Assembly: GCA_963828525.1 (NCBI GenBank)
Contig: CAWHEP010000002.1
Coordinates: forward strand, 352,001 to 416,000
Direction of reading: 5' to 3'
DNA from: an uncultured Verrucomicrobiae bacterium
GTDB taxonomy: Bacteria > Verrucomicrobiota > Verrucomicrobiia > Chthoniobacterales > Chthoniobacteraceae
DNA length: 64,000 nucleotides
The position numbers were made by a program, and so were the translations under genes. A model generated the notes under the pieces. That model was not told where the DNA came from. It was given only the letters and a program-made list of their open reading frames with translations, and made no database searches. This document shows positions 9,529-18,050 of the stretch, piece by piece (positions within the stretch are counted from its first letter, which is position 1; each line of letters begins with the position of its first letter).

Positions 9529-9854
9529 CCGTTCCGCAGCCAGATTTGTTCTGATTTCAAATTAGGACACTGCCTGCACAACTCAAAAAGCGGCGCAACC
9601 CGAAGGGCGAGAGCAATTTGGGGCGCCTCGCAGCGCTACTCGCTTCTTGCGGACCGCAGCGCGTATGCGCGCCACTCGCCCCTTGCCATACGCCCAAAAT
9701 TGCTCTTGCGCGGCATGTCGCAGTCCTTCAACAGTCTCCTAAGGGCAACGAGGGCGAGAGCTTTATCGCAGCCGATGGGCCGCTTTGATCAGCTTGAAGA
9801 AGCGTTTGTGGCCGGTGCCGTTGGAGGAGCAACGGAAGTTTTCGCGCCGTCGCA

Positions 9855-10711
9855 TCAGGATTCGTTTGCGTGCTGCCTGATCTGGTCTGCAACCTCTTCG
9901 GCGAATTTCGCGGATTCATCCTCCCGCACGAATTCCTTCTCAGCGGTCATCTTATTCAGGATGTTCTGCGCTTTGCCGAATGCCGCCCGCAACCCGGCCG
10001 TCTGCGGCTCACCGAGAAGGAAATACAGTTTGAACCGCTCTGGGGAGTCTTGAACGCTCGTTATCTGGCCGAGCCAGCGGTGCGCTTTCTCAACGATGCT
10101 GTCTGGATCGATTAAATCGAAGGAAATCGGCTCAATGCAGTGCCATTGCTGGTTCTTCCATGCATGCGCAAATTCGATCTCATCGTCGTTGGACCGTGAA
10201 ACGATGGTCTTCGGCACCAACCTCCCCAGGACGTGTTTGTCCTCCAAGTCCTTCTTGGTACTTGCGCCACACCTCGTCCTCGCTGCGGCCCGTGGCTCGT
10301 TGAGTCTGGTCATAAGCCATCACCATCCGGTTGAAAATCTTCTCCAGCGCCGCCGAAGGATTGTCGGTCAATCCGCTCCCCATCTCTGACCATTGGAGAG
10401 AGCTATCGTCACGCGGCAGAATCGAAACAGCGATCTCCAACACGTTTCTGGCCTTGCCACTCAGGGGCAATTCCACCGCAATCTTGTTGCCAACGCCATC
10501 AAACGCAGATTGGACTGTACCTCATCAGCGACTTGAAGGACTCGCCGTCCATCCCAGGGAACACCTTCCTCAGCCGGCCATAGGTCGTCCGGCACAGCGC
10601 CCCCGCGAATCGAGCCTCAGGCGCGTAAAGAGCCACACCGGTATTCACGAACTCGCCGGTGGCGGTGTCGTGAACGTAACGCAGCACCGTGTAGGTATAG
10701 GCTGTTTTCAT
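9855..10711 (-). CDS. DUF3037-domain protein (three frames; two frameshifts)
   Basis: YTYTVLRYVHD...GEFVNTGV N-terminus, then SSLQWS, then C-terminal HAWKNQ..HCIEPISFDL; ATGA overlap with kinase stop. Confidence 0.8.
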
Positions 10712-11493
10712 CGCAGTATGGCTTTTATGGCCTCAAAGGTTGAGAGGATATTCTGCTTCAACGGGACAATGTAATCCAAAATTCGGTCGGCGGCATCTTT
10801 CCCACCGTCCCACTCTGCCGGCACGGAATCGGCGTATCTCCTAATCTCGCTTTTCTCCAAAGCTTCAATTGCGCCAGCCAGGCGGTCGAAACCCACAAGG
10901 GTCTGCCTCAAAGGCTCAAAGAATAGATGCTGGCGGAGGAAGCTTAAGTTACCACCTTCCCAAGGACGTTCCCAGAAAAGGACTCCGGCAAGAAATGAAA
11001 ATCCGAGTTCATGGTCCAGGATGACGAGTTCAGCTCCATTTGTGAGACAGTTCGGATTAATGACCCGCCTATCCGGGTTCTGGATCATCGCGTCGAACGC
11101 GAAAATCTCGGCTGCCGTGGAGCGAAAATGGATCGGCAGAGGCCGAGCAGGCGCGACAACGCTGTATGCAGGAGGCAGCTTCTTCGTGCCAAAATTCCAG
11201 CCGACACTTTTTCGCATGATCTCTGCCATCTCCACACTGGGCACCGTGTCTGCGAACTCCGGTGTGATCTCCAAGAGGCAACTTTCGGGCACCCGTAATC
11301 CGAGTTGATTGGCAAGTTGGCTGGCGAAGATTTCGGAAACCAATCCGCGAACGCCGCTGTCTCCCCCCGCTGTAAGCTTTATGACAAATTCCATTTCCTC
11401 GCCTTCCTCATTCTCGCAATAGACGATGCAAGGTTTGGTGCGGCCGGTGGCTATCAACCTGCCGAAGCGCGAAACTGTCAGGCGTGGGAGCAT
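10708..11493 (-). CDS. HipA-like kinase (HipA_2 type)
   Basis: GRTKP, FVIK, LVSEI, FDAMIQNPDR...NPN, ILDHELGF kinase motifs intact. Confidence 0.85.
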   Translation of the reverse strand: MLPRLTVSRFGRLIATGRTKPCIVYCENEEGEEMEFVIKLTAGGDSGVRGLVSEIFASQLANQLGLRVPESCLLEITPEFADTVPSVEMAEIMRKSVGWNFGTKKLPPAYSVVAPARPLPIHFRSTAAEIFAFDAMIQNPDRRVINPNCLTNGAELVILDHELGFSFLAGVLFWERPWEGGNLSFLRQHLFFEPLRQTLVGFDRLAGAIEALEKSEIRRYADSVPAEWDGGKDAADRILDYIVPLKQNILSTFEAIKAILR

Positions 11494-12084
11494 CGGTGTT
11501 TTTCTCTTTAATAGCGGTGGAGAATGGGAGCACTAGCGAATTCCCGGATTTATTGGCGTTAATGTCGCAGGCCGCGGCTCCGAAGAGCTATACGTAGTTT
11601 GCCTGCGGGCCACCCACGGTTCGTATTCGAATACGCCCTTCCGCCCCGCGACTTCACAGTACCGGCCAACTTCACTTTTGGCCACGGTATTGACAGCGGG
11701 CTCCTCGCCAGCGGCAGTCTCTGACAAGCGGTTGACAAACGCCTGCCTTTGGGATCGTTTTCTATAGATCTGGAATGGGACTACCCGTTCGACGAAGGGC
11801 TACTGGGACTTCCGGTGGCCCTTCGGTTTTCTGGGGAAGCTTCAATCCGTAATGTTCGGGATCGCCCCTCCCATCTGCGCGTACTGCGGCAGCATCTTTC
11901 TCTGACGATTCGACGCCTCGGCATCTCGTTGGATGCCCAGTGTCATCCTTTTGAGTCTGCGTCCCACTTTCCGTTGGCGATCCTTTGCTCCCTGGCGTCA
12001 AAACTTATGAGTCAACATGCAACAGGAGATGGCATCGATTTTTTCTTGACGTAGACTTGCATGCCTTGGTACGATCGGATCTTC

Positions 12085-12166
12085 GCCATCCGGGAGCAGC
12101 CCGACCCTGCTTATGTCGTAGGTGTTCGTTTAATCTGTAAGCAGGGTCGGGCTGCTCCCGGATGGC
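12085..12166. repeat. Perfect 29-bp inverted repeat with 24-nt spacer (REP-doublet-like)
   Basis: GCCATCCGGGAGCAGCCCGACCCTGCTTA (12085-12113) and exact reverse complement (12138-12166). Confidence 0.9.
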
Positions 12167-12274
12167 AGACCGCTTCCCAAGACGATTTTGCTTCCCCACG
12201 ACCCGTTTACTGGATACAGATTACGAAAACACAGCCAGCTTTGCCTCAGGGCGTGGGTGGTGCTACAATAGATT

Positions 12275-13063
12275 ATGGCAACCAAATCCCGACAGAAGAT
12301 TTCCGCGCAAGTGCCCCAGGGCGGTGCCGAATCAAGGTTATGGGAAAGTCACCCGGGCAAGCGACCATTCCGAATGATACCAGCTCCGAAAGTCGGGAAC
12401 TGGAAGGTGTCATACGGAAGCTGGGAGAACTTCTGCAAGGTGATACATATATCGATTGGCAGGAAGATCGGAAGCGGTGTGCTGCAATTCTCTACGGACT
12501 GGGACGAACTTGCGAGAAAAGCCGAGATCTCGCATCGCGAGGTACGTGGAGCGCACATCGAAGACGGCGGCAGCGAGCACGTCATAATCGAATTTGAAGC
12601 TGAGCCCGACAGGGTTTTCAAAGCCACCTTCGGAGATAACCTGGGGTGCAGAAGCGATCTGTTCAGGTCCGATCCGGAACTAACAGGGCGTCACTTTCAT
12701 CCGACGGGGAACGCTGACCCCTTCTTTTATCTAAGACGCTGGCTATGCCTGAACTCCATAAGCGGCTACAAAACCCGTTACGAGGGGATTATCCCTCTGG
12801 GATATGATGGACACCTGCCTCGGATTTGTGTGAGTCAGCCGGTAATCATCGCCTCCAATCCCACTGAACGCCAAATCGAACAGGCGCTAAAACTCTACGG
12901 CTACCGAAAGATCAGCGGGGATGCATTTCTCAATGACGACAATGGGGTTCTTTTAACGGATGCCGCGCCTCGAAATGTTAGAATTGTTGATGGGGTTCCG
13001 ATCCCGTTTGACGCTATCGCGGAAATTGCGCCGCCCGCTGTGTTGCAGTGGGCAGGTGAATGA
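12275..13063 (+). CDS. Stand-alone kinase of the polyvalent-protein kinase type
   Basis: GGSEH, RVFKAT, P..YL.R...LN, EG, VSQP, LTD..PRNV, PFD motifs; start uncertain. Confidence 0.65.
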   Translation: MATKSRQKISAQVPQGGAESRLWESHPGKRPFRMIPAPKVGNWKVSYGSWENFCKVIHISIGRKIGSGVLQFSTDWDELARKAEISHREVRGAHIEDGGSEHVIIEFEAEPDRVFKATFGDNLGCRSDLFRSDPELTGRHFHPTGNADPFFYLRRWLCLNSISGYKTRYEGIIPLGYDGHLPRICVSQPVIIASNPTERQIEQALKLYGYRKISGDAFLNDDNGVLLTDAAPRNVRIVDGVPIPFDAIAEIAPPAVLQWAGE

Positions 13064-13146
13064 ATGACGATTTCCGAACCGCAGGCGTATTGGCGGTGAA
13101 CATCCGCACCCGCGCGGTGGTCTAAACGTCCGCGCATCTTCCTCCC

Positions 13147-13989
13147 ATGAAACATCCAAGGCATACTCTCCTGACCCTCATTATCCTCCTATCTACCTGC
13201 CGCGCGGGCAGGGCAGAGGGCTTCCTCGACAAGGTGATCGAGAGGCCCGGCGGATTTGACCAGATGTGCTCCATGCCCAGTTTTGAGCCTGACAAGCTCT
13301 CACTGTTCGTCCCTGTCGGGCGTCACGAAACCTTTGTTTCGGACTCCAACATCGCGATCTTGCGCGCTCACCGCGCGGAGGTCATTCCTGACCTCGTCAA
13401 GCAAGTCGCGCAATTTAATTCTCTGGATACAGCACCTAAGTTCAATGAACTCTTCTACAAGGTCATTCCGTCGCTAAACGCCGTTGAAACTCTCCCTGAT
13501 CTTCTCGGCATCGAAGACAAGTTGCGGCAAATAATAACAACGCTGGAGAATGATCCCAAGGCACCCGCGCCGGAGGTGTCCGGCGGTCCAATGATGATAT
13601 TGGACGCGAAATCCCCGCCGGATGTCTCACCGCAAAGAAGGGTTGCATTGGTCATGCTCCGGGTGAGGCAGCGCGAACTTCTCTCCGTAATGCTCCAGAT
13701 CCTGCGCGGACAACATTATACGCCACTTCTCGATTCGCAATTCGAGACGCTCTATGAGGCCGCGATCCGCAAACGCGCCTTGGAGGCAGACTTCAAGGAC
13801 ATGAAGACACCTGAGCAAGCAAAGGACAAAGGCGTGCCCTTCGACCCCATCTGCAAGCTCCCAGTCGCATACATGTATCCGCCACCTTCCGTCCCCTATT
13901 CCGACGCTGTAGCCACGCAGATTCGCGACCTGGCGCGGCAATTCATCAAAGATGTCCCGCCTGCCAAATGGAAGCTCGATGCGGGGTAG
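13147..13989 (+). CDS. Hypothetical secreted protein
   Basis: 280-aa ORF with signal peptide; overlaps next gene. Confidence 0.65.
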   Translation: MKHPRHTLLTLIILLSTCRAGRAEGFLDKVIERPGGFDQMCSMPSFEPDKLSLFVPVGRHETFVSDSNIAILRAHRAEVIPDLVKQVAQFNSLDTAPKFNELFYKVIPSLNAVETLPDLLGIEDKLRQIITTLENDPKAPAPEVSGGPMMILDAKSPPDVSPQRRVALVMLRVRQRELLSVMLQILRGQHYTPLLDSQFETLYEAAIRKRALEADFKDMKTPEQAKDKGVPFDPICKLPVAYMYPPPSVPYSDAVATQIRDLARQFIKDVPPAKWKLDAG

Positions 13990-14857
13990 CCGCTTGCTTC
14001 GGTCAGCTCAATCAGCATTGGCCGCCACAATGCTATTGCTTTTTCCGGCCTGCATTCTTGCTTCCCAACCGGAAAAAATTACAGGACGTAACGGCCATTT
14101 CCTCGTCACCATTCCGGCTGGCGCATACCTACTCGGCGGGGAAGGCAACGCCCTTAACCCACCTCACACCGTTTACCTGCGCGCTTTTCGCATCGCGGAT
14201 GCCGACACAACCAACGTCGAATTCCTTGCCTTCGTAACGGCTACTGGGTATGTCACCGACGCCGAGCGGCGCGGATACGGCAAGACCTTCCACCAAGGCA
14301 TGGCCGATTGGGCATGGAACGACACCCCGGGGGCGACATGGCGCCACCCACGGGGCAATGCCGGCCCCAGTGCCTCCGAAATCCCGCGGCACCCTGTAAC
14401 TCAAATCAGCGGCGCTGATGCCGAGGCTTATTGCCGCTGGGTCAGCGGCCGCCTCCCCACATGCGACGAATGGGAAGCTGCCGCTCGCGCCGGAGCGGGC
14501 GCCCTTTACCCATGGGGCGACAAATTCATCCCGGGCCGCGCAAACGTTTGGAACGGTGCCACCCACGCAAAAGAAGACCCTGTGGATGGCTACATCTACA
14601 CCTCGCCTGTCCGGTCCTATCCGCCCAACGCGTGGGGTCTATATGACGTCATCGGCAACGTCTTTCAATACTGCTCCGACCTCCCTCCGGCCTTGCGCGG
14701 TAATGAATCCCGCTTCATCGCCGGTCGCGGCGGCTCCTGGTGGTGCTCCGCCAATACCTGCAACTCGTTCGACCTCGTCACCATTGGCCATATGGACCGC
14801 CATGGCTCTCTCGCAAACCAGGGCTTCCGCGTCGTCTTCGACATCTTACCTCATTGA
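13979..14857 (+). CDS. Formylglycine-generating enzyme (SUMF1/FGE-sulfatase) family protein
   Basis: HPVTQIS..DA.AYC.W..GRLPT..EWE.AAR, PN.WGLYD..GNV, RGGSWWCSANTC, GFR. Confidence 0.9.
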   Translation: MRGSRLLRSAQSALAATMLLLFPACILASQPEKITGRNGHFLVTIPAGAYLLGGEGNALNPPHTVYLRAFRIADADTTNVEFLAFVTATGYVTDAERRGYGKTFHQGMADWAWNDTPGATWRHPRGNAGPSASEIPRHPVTQISGADAEAYCRWVSGRLPTCDEWEAAARAGAGALYPWGDKFIPGRANVWNGATHAKEDPVDGYIYTSPVRSYPPNAWGLYDVIGNVFQYCSDLPPALRGNESRFIAGRGGSWWCSANTCNSFDLVTIGHMDRHGSLANQGFRVVFDILPH

Positions 14858-14984
14858 GCCGGCGCGTTTGCGCCGGTGGCTGCAAGGCTCTCGGCATTTG
14901 AAGTGCAGCGAAGTCGGGTCTGGGCGGGTTGACGGGTCGACGCGCGATAACAGTCGTTCCCCGTCCTAGGCAGGAATCCAGCCT

Positions 14985-17900
14985 TCAATGCCCATACACT
15001 TCGAATTCAACCAAAGAGTAGCCATAACCAGGATTTGCCCGCTTTGTACCCAACATCCGGATGTAACGACCTTGGCCTTTCAGTCCCACGAGATCATCCA
15101 CCCCGCCCTTGCCTGAGGTTGTCGTATAGATGTCGCCCCAGTTCGTTCCATCGTCTGAAACTTGAATGGCATAGCTGGGGGCATTGGCATTTTCCCAGAC
15201 AAGTTTTACATGCGAGATCGGCGTGCTTTTCTCCAGGTCGATCATAATCCATTGCGGATCGGTTTTTGTGGACAACCAGTGCGTGGTTGGGTTGCCGTCC
15301 ACCACCGCATCGGGTCCATTCGCATGGATATCGCTCGTTGAAGCTTTGACATCCTTGTCTAAAGCCAGATTACCGGATTCATTTATTATCGGAGGCAATT
15401 CCTGGAAGGAACTGTTATAAGATCGGAATTCGACCTTGGGTTCCTCTCCCTGACTCAAGACGGGATCAAATCGAAAGGTGACCTGCCTGGTTTCGCCCGG
15501 CAGGAGAGAGAAAAAGCCGTCGCTGACATGGACAGGGAGGATTTGATCTCCGCTACCGGGCTTCAGTAACATCGGACGGATGGCAAATGCCACCGATTGA
15601 GAATCAGCCGGATTGGTGACGCTGGCCGTGATCACCTGCTCCCCGTCAACCAATGAAGATTGGGACGTGGTTTGAAGATTGACATGCTTCAGCGCGGCCA
15701 GCCCCCTAAAATTGAGGTAGTCCACCCCACGCCAATAGAAGTTTTCCGAAATCAATTTGCCCGCTCCATCGGTCAGGCGTAGTCGGATAAAGTGGGTAGG
15801 TGAGAAGTCGGCCGGGTAGGTGAGAGTGAAACAATCGGCAACGTGGTCCGGAGTGGCAGTAAACGGATCGGACTTCTTGTCGAACTTCTGCGTTCCATCC
15901 AGATTATAGATTTGCGCCTCAGCGGTGAGACCTTCAAGGCTTTTCCCGGTCGTGTTAACCACGCGAATGCGGTCATCGTTCTCATTCCAATAAATATGGA
16001 TGGGCTCGCATGCGCTCTTTGCGCCCCAGAATGCACCCGTCAAATCATAGTAGTAATCGTAAGTCTGCCAGACAAAAGAGGGATAGGCCGACTGGCTCAT
16101 CCAGATGATGATTCCGGCCGAATCTTTATCGCTGTGATCGAGCCAGCCTTCAAACATCGCCTTCATAGTCTCAAAGCTGAGCAATTGCGATTTAAGGCAA
16201 AACTCCTCAATTTCGTGAGCCGGGCCATAGCGGCGTTTGAGGTCGGAAAAATAGCCATCGGGCCCTGCATTCCGGGCGCTCGGCCCGAAGAAATGCTTAT
16301 TCCACATGTCGCCACGGGGCCAGCGGGCATCCTGAGGAATGAACTTCTTGAAACTATCGAAGTTGGTAAATGCCGCTGTGCCAATTTCACTGCGCATCCC
16401 GAAAGGCAGATTGCCTCCAGCCGGAACCCCCGTGCCTTTGAAATACTGTTTGAGATCCAAATTGCGCCAAGGGCCGCTTCCGCTGAGATTAACCGCGTGG
16501 GAATTCTCCTGATAGTACCGGTCATCGCCGTCGTAGGTCTTGACGGCCTCCCGCAATAAATCATTGAGGGGCTGAGGAGGCGTCGCCTCATTTTCCGCGC
16601 ACCATAAGGCGATGCAGGCATGGTTGCGAAACTGTTTGATTTTCTCGACCACATTGGCACCGAAAATGGCCTGATCGGCCGGCAACCCGCCGCTGGAGTT
16701 TAACCAAAACTCGTCCCAGACCATGATGCCGTATTTATCGCAGGCATCATAGAAGGCCTCGTCCGGCGTCATGCCCATCCAGTTGCGGATGATATTGAAA
16801 TTTTCCTCCCGATGAAACCGGACCATCGTGTCGTAGTCCTTGGCCTTGCACCGCAGCAAATACTCCGCCATGCCCCAGCTTCCACCTTTCGGATAAATGG
16901 AAATGCCATTGATATGAAAGTGAAGCGTTTTGTTGTCGGTGTCGTAGCTATATTTCCGGATGCCAAACGTGATGTCCTTCTGATCGGACACTGTGTTCCC
17001 CACCCGAAAGGAGAGATGAATCTTATAGAGATTCGGGTCACCGTAGCCATTGGGCCACCACAATTTGGGATTTGGAATGTGGAGTGCTGGCGCCTCCGTG
17101 GCGTTCAAGTGGACGGTCTTCGTCTCACTCGGTGCCAGCGTTACTGACTGGGTGAAGGTGATATTCCCCGGGTTGATTTCGCCCACTAACTCACCCGTCA
17201 CTCCGGTGGTTGATGTATTTTGGAGGTCAGTCTGAAGCGAAAGGTCCGCGCTGCCCAGGTTGGCCTGTTCCGTGCGAACCCACGGATCAATCAATGAGAC
17301 ATCATTCGTATGACTCAGGTAAACGTCCTTATAGATACCCATATCGAAACCGGGAACCCGGGGCATCCAATCCCAGCCTTTCGTGCAAATGAACGATGGG
17401 CTGCTGAAGTTTTCCGATTTTACGTTCGGCAGCAGAGGAACGTAAGCGAGAAGCGCGAGGGAATTCGTCGTCCCAGCATGAACAAGGCTGGTGACATCAA
17501 ATCGCCCGCGCTGCAAGAAGCCGTGCATCGAACCGACGTTTGAGCCGTTGACATAGATATCCGCGTCGCGATTGACGGCGTCCAAATTCAGCCAAACGTG
17601 GCCTCCACTGAAGTCGGCCGGTACGGTGAAGTTCGTACGATACCAAAAATTACGGTCATACTTCTTGAGATCGACCTTGTAGATATTATCCCCGTAATTG
17701 GGATCTTTCTCCTTCCCGGCCAGAACATACGAACCAAATACCGTTCCCGGAACCTGCGCTGGCAGCCAGCCGGACGGCTTAAAGTCAGGTTTGGAAAGCT
17801 GCTCCCCGCTTTCTTTCACCTCAGCTTGAGGTGCAATTTGCCAGGAACTTCCGTCCAGAGAATGGGCGGTATTTACCTGAGCGTCGGCGGCTTGAAATGA

Positions 17901-18050
17901 CATGCCGCAAAAAAGACAGATTAGGCAACTGATGGAAATGTTCATAACACTGTGCATGACAGTCACCAAGAAAGGGTTGGATATCATTCCATTCTGGAAT
18001 CCTGGTATCCTTGATGGTAAACGGATGGGAAGCAACATTCTTAGGCTCAT
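14985..18050 (-). CDS. GH2 glycoside hydrolase (beta-mannosidase-like) with C-terminal F5/8 type C (CBM32) domain
   Basis: GWDW, LWWPNGYG.P.LY, FGIR, FYDACDKYG, WCAENE, SEIG; C-terminal NLAL.K..AS...VDGN..T.W...WI.IDL. Confidence 0.9.
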   Translation of the reverse strand: MSLRMLLPIRLPSRIPGFQNGMISNPFLVTVMHSVMNISISCLICLFCGMSFQAADAQVNTAHSLDGSSWQIAPQAEVKESGEQLSKPDFKPSGWLPAQVPGTVFGSYVLAGKEKDPNYGDNIYKVDLKKYDRNFWYRTNFTVPADFSGGHVWLNLDAVNRDADIYVNGSNVGSMHGFLQRGRFDVTSLVHAGTTNSLALLAYVPLLPNVKSENFSSPSFICTKGWDWMPRVPGFDMGIYKDVYLSHTNDVSLIDPWVRTEQANLGSADLSLQTDLQNTSTTGVTGELVGEINPGNITFTQSVTLAPSETKTVHLNATEAPALHIPNPKLWWPNGYGDPNLYKIHLSFRVGNTVSDQKDITFGIRKYSYDTDNKTLHFHINGISIYPKGGSWGMAEYLLRCKAKDYDTMVRFHREENFNIIRNWMGMTPDEAFYDACDKYGIMVWDEFWLNSSGGLPADQAIFGANVVEKIKQFRNHACIALWCAENEATPPQPLNDLLREAVKTYDGDDRYYQENSHAVNLSGSGPWRNLDLKQYFKGTGVPAGGNLPFGMRSEIGTAAFTNFDSFKKFIPQDARWPRGDMWNKHFFGPSARNAGPDGYFSDLKRRYGPAHEIEEFCLKSQLLSFETMKAMFEGWLDHSDKDSAGIIIWMSQSAYPSFVWQTYDYYYDLTGAFWGAKSACEPIHIYWNENDDRIRVVNTTGKSLEGLTAEAQIYNLDGTQKFDKKSDPFTATPDHVADCFTLTYPADFSPTHFIRLRLTDGAGKLISENFYWRGVDYLNFRGLAALKHVNLQTTSQSSLVDGEQVITASVTNPADSQSVAFAIRPMLLKPGSGDQILPVHVSDGFFSLLPGETRQVTFRFDPVLSQGEEPKVEFRSYNSSFQELPPIINESGNLALDKDVKASTSDIHANGPDAVVDGNPTTHWLSTKTDPQWIMIDLEKSTPISHVKLVWENANAPSYAIQVSDDGTNWGDIYTTTSGKGGVDDLVGLKGQGRYIRMLGTKRANPGYGYSLVEFEVYGH

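Larger units (their letters stand above)
7576..9574 (-). mobile_element. IS1-family derived non-autonomous element with cargo genes (1999 bp)
   Basis: TIRs GGTAGTGTCCTAATTTGAAATC (7576-7597) and GGCAGTGTCCTAATTTGAAATC (rc of 9553-9574), 21/22 identical; 8-bp TSD TGCACAAC at 7568-7575 and 9575-9582; IS1 transposase remnant inside. Confidence 0.92.
7462..9738. mobile_element. MITE (~270 bp when the insert is removed), interrupted by an IS1-derived element
   Basis: TIRs GAGACTGTTGAAG perfect for 13 bp and 26/30 extended (7462-7491 / 9709-9738); CTAA direct repeat at 7458-7461 and 9739-9742; internal stem TTTTTGAGTTG/CAACTCAAAAA is restored across the empty site. Confidence 0.85.

Noticed and set aside
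11930..12005. Minus-strand GGGAGCAAA...GAAAGTGGGACGCA...AAAAGGA resembling a c-di-GMP-I or glycine riboswitch
   Set aside because: Lacks the GCAAAGC/second hairpin of c-di-GMP-I and the CUCUCAGG of glycine aptamers; I could not build the stems
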